From Iphione sp. A-MEVVRFRX5 (Eukaryota): a DNA stretch of 64,000 nt. Every line of letters begins with the position of its first letter. The first letter of the stretch is position 1. This document shows positions 54,047-64,000 of the stretch, piece by piece. The position numbers were made by a program, and so were the translations under genes. The notes beneath the pieces were generated by a model. The model searched no databases, was not told where the DNA came from, and saw nothing but the letters and a program-made list of their open reading frames with translations. The stretch spans positions 67,022,001 through 67,086,000 of the forward strand of contig OZ320319.1 in assembly GCA_976226885.1 (NCBI GenBank), read 5' to 3'.

Positions 54047-55247
54047 TACATTTTATAACCTTTACGATATATTAATGTTGTTAGAATAAACAGGTATCAC
54101 AGAGGACCTCCTTCATATATTAGACACTGTAGATAAAGGGAGATATTAATCGATATGTGTGCTTGTAAAAATGTTACAAATGCAGAATAGCATTTTTTGG
54201 ACAGTCCTGGGGAAAGGAAATACTGAGTAGGTATATAGCTAAGGGATCGCTGTAAGCAAAATAAGCCTGCATATTTACACACCCCATTTGTGAGAATCCT
54301 ACAGCGAAGCGCAACTGCTGGGCATAACTTGGTCAGCATAGTATTATTCTTCAGAAATGGTTCAGAAAAGCGGTTCCCACGAAAGGCTGCTGTGGGTTTT
54401 CGCGTTCATGCGGCATCCACATGTATTTACATATATTACTCTCCGATGAGAAGGGGGGAGAGTGCCACATGTGTTTATCAGCGCTACCCGTAGAGGTAGT
54501 AGTAGGAGAAGCCAGACAGGACGTTGGCTGCCATGATTTGTATCCGACAGGATGGACGGCAGTGCGGCATTGAAGGCTTCGAGAGTGGCGCGAACGGTGC
54601 TGACAGAAGGCCCGCGGTGAATGCGACCCAGCTCTCTGATTGGGCCGTAATGGCCAGCCCATTGGGAAAGACCGAGGTGGTGCCAGTAATGGCGACCGGC
54701 TGACCTTCACTGATAGCATTTTGGACTTGTTAAGGTCACTGTGTTGGTTCACTAGACACACTGTATTTAATTTGAAAATAAAAACAAACGCCAAAAATCA
54801 GTGCCATGAACACTCAAAACAAAGGCATCTATGTGCGATTGTAACAGCAACAGCTATATGTTTTACAAGCACATTCTCGTTCAATTGAAAATAATTATTT
54901 CATGTTTTATATCCATGCAAAGGAACTTTTCACTTTCAGATGTGTATTCAATACAGCTATTTAGCTTCTTGTTAGTGTGTATACCATGTGACAAGACTTG
55001 GTAACGAGTAGTTAGGTAAAAATCAGTCCCCGTTGCTCAGTAGTCAGGTCGATATTGAACACCTACTACGATGGTTTAGTAGTCAGGAGTCAACTAGATA
55101 TCTACTAAAGCTATTTTAATGTTTGTAAGCGGTGACAACATGGCCGTCATTGCTCGGTACGTGGTTCTGTTCTGCCCCAGTATCCTTCCACCCTCTATGC
55201 CGGGAGGAGCGCTGTGCAAGACGGAGGTCATGTGAATGGTTCGGCAG

Positions 55248-55350
55248 TGCGCATGCTCGGCGCACTGATGAAAAGGTCGCACGGGGCGAGCTGGACGGTC
55301 ACCGTGGACCATTACCTGCACGTGGTATCAAAACACTCCGCTGATTGGCC
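55248..55350. promoter_or_regulatory. Promoter-like motif cluster (NRF1-like, E-box, reverse CCAAT box)
   Basis: TGCGCATGCTC 55248, CACGTG 55319 and CTGATTGGCC 55341 lie in a CpG-rich patch; another CTGATTGGG is at 54636. No associated gene was recognised. Confidence 0.3.
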
Positions 55351-55845
55351 GAGTGGTCGAGGCAATGGCTACCCGACACTCACTACTGCGGAGCAGGCTA
55401 CCTCAGCTGGCCTCAGTTGGCCCCAGAGACTTTGTCATTTTGCCAGCTCAGTAAATTAATGTATCCGGGGATTTGTTTTCAAGCGCATTTGTTTTAAGTC
55501 GTAAACATACATCGACCTTTACATTTGGACTTCGAAGGTGGATTTTTATCGTACTGATACAGTAGTTTGAAGATATTGTAGGCAGTTAATTTCCAGTCTC
55601 AAGTTTTGATCACGGAAACTATGGTGGGGTTTAGCCGCATCTTGACCGACGCTGTTTTACGAAAATGACCAAAAGTTGAGTGTATCGCAGTTGTTTAACA
55701 TTTTTCAAAATGTAGGATAGAAAACAGAATATAGAAACCACCTATACAGTTCCTAGATCTATCAATATAGATAATTATTTTGGATTTTCCCCAAAGACTG
55801 GGTTTATTGACCCTGTAAAAGTGCTAGATATATACTACGCTTAGA

Positions 55846-55846
<1 letters not shown>

Positions 55847-55882
<36 letters not shown>
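55847..55882. repeat. (TA)18 microsatellite
   Basis: Uninterrupted TA run. Confidence 0.97.
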
Positions 55883-55884
<2 letters not shown>

Positions 55885-56084
55885 TTTAGAACGTACCAAC
55901 AATTTCAAGGTAAATTCCCTATCGTGACATCGAATACTGTAAGCCCAGGTTAGGTTTGGTAAAAATTGTGTAGAAATGTTTAGACTGAACTGCGAATTCA
56001 TGTTGAGGAAACCACAGCTGCGTGTCATCTGGTTTATCAAAATATCTTTGGGGGAACACTTTCAGTTGCTACATAGAATGTGTG

Positions 56085-56088
<4 letters not shown>

Positions 56089-56159
<71 letters not shown>
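56089..56159. repeat. (AG)n microsatellite, about 35 units
   Basis: Uninterrupted AG run; it produces the spurious ERER/SLSL ORFs. Confidence 0.97.
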
Positions 56160-56162
<3 letters not shown>

Positions 56163-57005
56163 GTACAAAGGGACAAAATGGAAACAGAAGAATATCCGCG
56201 TAGGTAGAGAAAAAGATGCTGACACTGTGGTAAAAAAACATTGTCATGCTCAATTTACTTTACTTTAGGAAGCTTTGTCGTATTAGTTTTGTATTGACTT
56301 GACTGAAGTTAGTTGGAAAACTGTTTTACTAATTGCTCCTTGGGTTTGTGTTAATTTTGATGTCGCTCCTTCGCATGCATCTCACGTTACACTCTGGCCA
56401 GCGTACAGTACTGCCGAGGAGTTTTTCACAGCCACCTTGTCAAAGACCAATTCTCTTCTCCTGCTCTTGCACCGTACTAGTAGGTGACGCTGAATGATTG
56501 ATAGCTCTATACGCGCCCCGGTTCAATAAACTCTTAACGAAGCCAATCACGGTAGCATCTCAGCTTACATTTCCGTCCAAAGCAGACCATTCAATAGACG
56601 GCAGCCCGAACAGTGCCATCAATCGTATCGATGTTTTGCTGAAAACGCAAAAGACTCACCAATTCTAGGACACTATCTGTCTACATGCATCTTCCCTGCC
56701 GGCTTTCGCTTCTGCAAGCATGGATTCACTGAAATCTGTTAGAGCAGATCACACTGTTGTCGGGCGAGATGAGCGGTGACTGCAGGCACCGTGGTAAATT
56801 CAGAGGGCGTGACCCGAAGCACACACACACATACAATCAAAACATGCTGTTTTCCTTCAGGTCGTTTTGTGCATTAACCAGTTGATGCATTAGAGTCAGC
56901 TTGTCATTCAATCAGCAACGAAAGCTGCTTCATTCACGTTCCTATTCGTTGTGGTTTGAAGCCTTTAAATCAGTTAATTGTCGAACGTTATTTGCTTTAT
57001 TCCAG

Positions 57006-57059
57006 ATGGAATTCGAGGCCGTTAGCTGCAGCGCACGGGTGGCACTCAACATTTCAAAG
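57006..57059 (+). other. Candidate 54-nt internal exon
   Basis: Acceptor ttatttgctttattccag|, donor aag|gtaaga, and an open frame MEFEAVSCSARVALNISK. No homology recognised. Confidence 0.25.
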
Positions 57060-60000
57060 GTAAGAGACTTGCCTTTAATCAGGGTAATGGAAAGATTAAA
57101 TCAGTTTAAATATCAGGTAAGTCTGGCACACCTATCAAGACCTTGCCAGGCAACCACGACCTAACGATTAAAGTGGCCACTTGGCCCTTAACTCGGTATC
57201 ACTCCTGCAATGTTGATACCTTCCGACCGTTAACGCTGTCCAGACACGACACGAGCTGAATTTTAGCTGCTTAGGTTGTCAATATTTTTAGTTGATAGTC
57301 ACATTTTTTGCGGGGGCCGGCGTGGACAGTTCTTTGGTGTACGTTAAGAATCGCTTTAATTAGCGATGGCTTTCTGGCAGGGGTGTGCCCATTAGATTTG
57401 TTTCGGCAGTTGTAACATTACACATGTACATGTATATACCAAATAAGGTATTTGTGTATCGGTATAAGAACAGCATCTGGTAACTAAATCCGCTTGGGGA
57501 ACGGACATGACGAATTTATCATAAATAGGTTGATGCGTATACTAACTGTCATATTGTCATTACATAAATTTATGAGTTTTTCTAGGTACACGCCCTCAGC
57601 TATTAAATGCGGTGCGCTATATAGCGAATACCAACACATGTATGAAGTGTGCGGGAATTTATACGTCTGTTAGTATGCGCTAGTGGAACAGGTAGAAGAA
57701 ATAACGTTAAACCAGCAGCACTTGCGAAGACAAAACACGTCAACCATGCCAAATTAACCTATATGGCCTACACTGTTGGCAGTTTCAGCGGCAATACAAG
57801 CCTTTCGGGTAGCCCGTAGCAAGAGCTTGCCACTAGCAGTAAACACGTCAGCAACGCAGTTTTCCTTTGTGAAGGCAAGTGGTCACCGGCGTAGCATAAT
57901 ATGGTTTATCAGCCAACCATGAAGCGAACTAGTGCTAGACTGGGGATGAAGAGCCGTTTGGTGGGCGTTGCGTGGGCGCCGTGTATTAAGCGGGCGCCTA
58001 TTTGGCGCCGTGTAGAGCTCAGTGCTCAGAGAGGGTACCTAGAGGCGCCTCCATGCGCCAGCCAGTCGCTCAGACCAGGGGCGCGGCAGCTGAATCGACA
58101 AGACAAAACCGGCCAGTCATGCATGAGTATATGGCTGGGCATATCATGACTGGATTAAATGCGCTAGGTACACATGCAAGGGATGAGGCAACCGAAACAG
58201 TAGTCCCATCCAAATATTGCAGGCATTGCCGTGCCACACGATACAGCCGATACACGTATATTGCCTCCTCCCTGTGCGAGTGATACCCGGCACTACAAAT
58301 ACCAATGATATGTGCGATCGGCGATGTTTCTTCACCTGGATCTGAATAGTATGAATGAAATATTCGTATATATACATGTAAATGTATGAATATAAATGAT
58401 CGCTTCTCTGAAATAAGAACGGCCTAGAGCGTCGATTTGGTATATTGAGTCACATGTGGCATCACAGAACTATGGACGCGTTAAAAGAGACATATTTCGT
58501 AGTTACATGTAGTTAGACCGGAAGTGGACCTGCTCGGGGAAAATGTTGATGGCAGTTTTTCATCCTGCCAACTTCATGAGTAAGACACTGGTTGAAAGGG
58601 ATTTTAAAATTACATTCAATCTGCTGCGGAGAGATCTGTCAATTATTGTTGCAAGATTGGAAGGACCAAAGTCCTTTCGTACTTTTAAGGCAGATTACTT
58701 GTACTATTAAGCGGTTCCCTGTAGGTAACCTCGTATACAGTAGGTCGGGAACCTTATCCTGAAATCACCATTTTTGGCATGTTATAAGGTTGGCAAGAGG
58801 GGACTTGTTCTGCAGTTGGAGGGGAGAGGGAAGGACAGTTTTAGAAGGAACTCGAAAGTATTGTAATGTCAGCTGATATAATATTTCTCAGCTACGCTCG
58901 CAGATGGGAGGAAATGACAGGATGTATACCCTCGCTTGACCTCACTGCTAGGTTTGTGTGTCTGTATGTACACAATTGTTTTGAAGTTGGTGAATTAGCC
59001 AATTAAGTTACTTAAATTTGGTAATTCCTGGCATGCTTCAAGCAAACCCCTGCAAATGTACGGCCAAGTTGGTGACATCTCCACAGAGATGTCAACTGTA
59101 GCTTTGCAGTGCCTGTCATAGGCGCCAAGACGATCCTATCCATCGGATCCTCCATCGAGAAGAAAAACTACTCTGACGTTGCAGGAGATGGATTATTGTT
59201 TATCGCATGTTTAGGAAACACTAGTCTCTTCTACTATCAGACAAAATGGACTACCGAGACGGCAAAGCATGCATTATTTATCTGTCGATTTCCAGTAGAA
59301 AAATAGTCTATTGAATGATACGCAGGCAGTTATGATACTTGTATAGTTGTATGTTGTAGATTAAAAATATACATTATACATGCATATACAGATTTTTTCT
59401 GAGTACATGTAAATATTGCTCGCACAGCATTTCACTATTATAAAGGGTTGTACGTGATGGTCTATGACGACGAAATCTTATGGCATATCTTTAGGATTGG
59501 ATGTCAGTATTTAGCAACCATAAAATAGTTAAAATGAAAATATACATGTATAGATGTATTTAATTAATCAGCGAGTGCTGTCTTTTTCTTAGACACGCCA
59601 TATCATCAGTCTCGGAGACACTTAGTATGATTGTTTTTCATCTGTGATTATTTTTATCCTAGGAAGAAACATGGCATGATCCTGTTTATTAAAACATTTT
59701 GGATGCGTCAAGTCATAAAATAATTATCTTAATGCTACCTCCTCGTTCTTTTTTTAGTTATTTCTCTTCAAGCGCGCCTGCAATAGAGTTCAGCCCGAGT
59801 GGTTTATAGCTCAATAGGCACAATTTTATCGTGATTTATCGGTTTTTCTTAACACTATAACCTTTTTGTCCTCCGAAATTGCCCATTACCTTTCGAGGGA
59901 CGTCTGACGAAATCATTTGAATGTCGATTCTTTTGCGGGAAGTACTAGGTGTGTTGTCTCATACATCTAAAATTCTTTAACTTTAGACGCTACAACACAA

Positions 60001-61547
60001 TCCAAACTATATTCACCTTTACCGTTTGATTTAAATGCGTTTTAGCAGCACGTCCTGAGTAAATTCGGCCCCAGTACATGTACAATGTATATTCAAATAA
60101 AGGCAAAAACATTTGGTCGCTGTGAAGGTTTTTAGCACTTCCGAAGTGTGTACATATCTGAGGAAACTGGTGTACCTTTCTAATAGGGAAATATTTAGTT
60201 TCTGTATAATGCTTATATCTGCCAGTCACAATGGTCTGTGTGTGTGTGTGTGTCTGTTTCCATATGACAGGCTGATTAGTGGCTTAAGGTGTAGCCCAGA
60301 GCGGCGCCATCCCCTTTCGTTGCTTCCCTAATCCCCCCGGAAGGATCCATCTAACAGGGAATTTACATAGAGCTGCAACCCGTAGATGAGAAACTATCCC
60401 ACCCAGTCCGGTGGATTTGTTGCGCTTGTGGAACGGGGCAAAGGGTCATTGTAACGGGCCCCAAGCCCTACGACGACTTCAGTGGACCAAGGGCCTGCCG
60501 AGTTCCCTGACGGCCCAACTCTGCGGGGTATTACCAAGGAAGAGCCCCGGCACGATGGCTTATTGGTGCCTGAATGGACGAGCATAATGCTGGCACTGCT
60601 CTACCCCTTAATAAAACGAAAGTTGCATTCCCTCGCAATTTGGACTGCCCCGAGCCTGTTAGAAGCTACCGTCCATAGTCAAGGGTGATATTATATTCAA
60701 ATACTCGAAGGCCATTATATCTTCCTCCTCATTCCATCCGTTTTTAAAGCGAGGCTTAAACGCGCGCATCGATCATACTTATTCCGCGATATTCCCAATT
60801 GTTAAGTTTCTTTACCTCACTTTTAATGCGAAGCACGCATCCCATATTTCACCATTATTCAACGTCTTTTTTTCTACGAGGGACCAGAGGAAGCCTGAAG
60901 TTCGACGGGGCTCTATTCTGTCTGTTGGACGGTAAGTCTCCGTAACCTGTAGGCCCAGATTTGTGGATATCCGAGAAATCCCCGTCATTGTCCATACCCG
61001 GTGGCGCATTTATTTGCTTTCGTAACAGAAGTGATTGAATTAACCAGATGACACAACGCTTCCCTTCTCTCAGGCAGGATATAGATCCAAAAACATCGAT
61101 CACACTCCTCCTCCCTTATGTCATTGGAAGTAAAGATCAGTGATAACATTATGCACACCGTCGTATTGCCTAATATAGGTACTGTACACAAATGAGTGCT
61201 GCCTTTGTTTGGCTAATTGCAGTTTCCCGTTCGACATGGGAGTGGTTATTACACGATTGATTGCATTATTTGTGGCCCTAAGTAGCTGACTCATATACAC
61301 ATGCACTGTGAACTATTAACATTTTAGTGCACTCTCTGCGTGCATGTATACATTCGCCTGTACAGATTTGTCAGTATTTGTGTACAGTAGCAACTCAAAT
61401 TTAAAACCAACAGGCCCAAACAGTTTTGCCCTCAACTGCCCTACCACCTCAGTAGGTGGTATTATGTAAAGCGAAACATTGGGATCAACAATGTGACCTA
61501 ATTCTGATTTGCCTTCCTTGTCGAAATGCCATATGCGATAAGTTGCT

Positions 61548-61590
61548 GCTATACGTGTCATGTTTGAGGCTATACGTGTCATGTTTGAGG
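61548..61590. repeat. Perfect 21-bp tandem duplication
   Basis: gctatacgtgtcatgtttgag x2. Confidence 0.95.
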
Positions 61591-61978
61591 ATTGAATTCT
61601 CGCAGTTTTAGTTGTTTGAAGCCAAAACGCATATACATGCAAATATATACTATCGGTCTGTTCCTCCTCTTTATACCGTGAAAGCAGAGGGTATACCCGA
61701 ATCTATAGTTGTTAAAAGAACAGACGCAGAGAAACAAAGGGATATCTATTAATCACGGGTATTTTCATAGCATTTACGAATAAGCTGAATCGATTATTTG
61801 ACAGGTGTGATTACTAGCTAGTCAGACGCAGTATTATTTAATTAGTGATATACCATGATATTAGAGTATTTGCTTGATAAAATATTAAATATTGTACCCG
61901 CAAAATTGTCAGCTTGGCGTATAGGCCTAATGCACACCTCATATTGATTGTCTTTGAATTTGTCGAAAGAACGACTTA

Positions 61979-62306
61979 GGCCCAAAAAGAAATAGGGGTG
62001 TTTCTGGTAACATCCGGCCAACAACCTAGGTAGGGAGGGGGGGAAAATCCTTTTTTAAATTTTTATCCTTTTCTTCCACTGGTTTTCACTAATAGTAAAG
62101 ACAATATGGAGAATTTTGTCCAATTTGCAGTTTTTTGTTGAATTTCCATGGATTTTTTTGTTTTTCTACTGAATTTACCCAAAACATTTGCTGTGAAAGC
62201 ATGTATCTAAGGAAATTAAGCCTTGAAAACTGCTTAGGGCAAAAATGTTTTAGGTAAAGTGAGGGTTTACTAGATAAAGGTGGGTCACCAGAAACTTGTT
62301 TTGGCC
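61979..62306. mobile_element. MITE-like element with imperfect TIRs and TTAA at the right end (Kolobok-like, tentative)
   Basis: Left ttag|ggcccaaaaagaaataggggtgtttctggtaac; right gtcaccagaaacttgttttggcc|ttaa. The ends share GGCC-AAAA...GTTTCTGGT in inverted orientation. It is homologous to 5934-6215. Confidence 0.65.
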
Positions 62307-62749
62307 TTAACTTTAGGAGACTTATAGCATGGTAGAAGATAAGTGAAAGTCGTAAATAAACCTTCACTCAAGTAATCTTTTCGGGCAATCCTGGGCACCA
62401 GCCAGATCACATCAACAGCAACGAGCAGGGGGGATTTTAAAACAACAAGATGTACCTCCTTATCATAGCAGACCTTGGCGACTGCTGAGCATTACCGTAC
62501 AGCTTTTTCATTTTTATTGAAAGTGCTATGGCGCATTCTATTCGAATTTAGTAGGGGTCCGAAAATAGCAACATTGGTCAATATTTTATGATATGGTCAA
62601 CTGCGTTGACTCCAGGGGAATAAAAAGTTTTACCCAGGTAGTTAACATTAAGCTTCTCATTCAAGCTTAGCCGTGATGATTAGAAACGTTCCAAGGTGGA
62701 CACTATTCTCACAAGCCTTTGCTCATTTACTGTGTCTACAAAGTAACAT

Positions 62750-62849
62750 TTTCACGGCAATGGATGGGCCCATATTTTACAGACATTGAACTTCAAAACA
62801 GTTTCACGGCAATGGATGGGCCCATATTTTACAGACATTGAACTTCAAA
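62750..62849. repeat. Direct duplication, 48 identical bp with 52-bp period
   Basis: tttcacggcaatggatgggcccatattttacagacattgaacttcaaa at 62750 and 62802. Confidence 0.97.
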
Positions 62850-64000
62850 GCTATTTCCGTCCTATGTCTATATTCATATCAGACGAACTGATGACCCCTC
62901 ACTCTTTGGGGACAAAATCTATACCTATCCAGGCACTGGGCAGTTCAATGACTTGTTTGAATCAAGGCAACAACCTCATATCACTATTGACATTTCATAA
63001 AGACCGCTACAGTCGTGGCTGTAGAGAAGGTAACACGTTTCACATACGAAAACCTCAGGGCTAAAGCCTTATTAATTTATTTCAACTGATGCCTATGTTT
63101 TCTAAGTGCATCATATCGACCCACCAAAAGCTATTAAGGGTCCTTCTCCCTATACTTTCTCCCTGGAAGCGTTTTCTCTGTGAATCTCGAAATGGCTCAA
63201 TTGTAGATTGATTCACGTTTAAGTGTCCAATAATAAAGTGGATCTGCTATCGGGATATTGTGCAAGAAGATGGGTGAAGCGTTCAACGCACTGGTATCCT
63301 TATCTGTCTGCGTCCAGAATGAGAGTTGTATGCCAGGTGTAACTAGTGCGGCCTCCTATCATGAGCAAATGCATGGTCTTCGCCACGCAGACTAATTGTT
63401 TGGGCTGTAAATACTTTCCTCATCGCCTAGCATATTGAGCCAAGGCATTGATTTCCTGAATGCAGCCTTTCAAATAGTTGGTATCAGTGCCAACCTCACG
63501 GCAACACCCTAGAGGAAAATGGCAGCAGAGAGGAAGGGACGAAATTAACTCATGAAGAAGAACTCGTTAAACCATTCACGAACGCGCACCGGGGCTGAGC
63601 TAACAGTCTCATGTCAGTTTCGGTATCTTTGCCTCTTTTTTGCCTCTACTGAGCATGGAAATCACTTTACGTGAGATGGCTTCGTGCTCGATAAAACAAT
63701 CAGTCACCTGGCGCTTCCTGTTGGCGAAGAGGACGTCCTATTGGCATCATTGACATAGACTAAGAGAGCGCTAATAAATATGAAATCGTGGCCCTTTGAA
63801 GGAATGGCCGCTTCGATCGATATTCCCCTCTAGCGGTATATACAAAAAACAGACTGACAGAAGGACAAGCATGTCTCTCAGGCGCTTGGCGCAGCATGAG
63901 CATTTCGGGCGCTGTAAATAACTGCGGGCAGTTGACGACAGAACAACTCATACTTGATGGACGAAGCGAGTGAGCAGTATTCGTTTATAATTGGATGTGC

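Noticed and set aside
60482-60688. LLVPEWTS motif vaguely like the DIRS RNase H/MTase region
   Set aside because: The flanking DIRS motifs, RT and tyrosine recombinase are all absent.
62888-62918. Hammerhead-like core CTGATGA-CCC-loop-GGG-GACA
   Set aside because: GAAA is GACA, stem III has only about 3 bp and stem I does not abut the core, so the fold is not canonical.

Overview
This window looks like animal genomic DNA, not prokaryotic: I found no operons, CRISPR array, rRNA or intact tRNA. It is AT-rich with abrupt GC/CpG-rich patches. The palindrome TACATGTA is strongly enriched, which by my recollection fits a marine invertebrate such as a lancelet or mollusc (inference, not checked). 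The only convincing long coding region is a 5'-truncated but uninterrupted CR1/L2-group LINE reverse transcriptase ORF (29575-31542), followed by a 3' UTR, a terminal stem-loop, AATAAA and a 23-A tail. Everything else I can identify is repeat-derived. This includes decayed LINE fragments (RT, endonuclease-like, C-terminal and 3' ends), a Penelope-like GIY-YIG remnant, tRNA-derived SINE-like repeats, several MITE-like elements (one carrying a 70-bp tandem array), short tandem duplications and microsatellites. I recognised no host protein-coding gene, and the other ORFs in the track look like chance ORFs. I did not find a convincing new biological system. The best leads are a fold-back palindrome formed inside a LINE RT fragment, a MITE incubating a minisatellite, and a repeat family whose tRNA-like module appears internal rather than 5'-terminal. 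The mosaic composition means the provenance of the window should be verified. All calls were made by eye; no searches were run.
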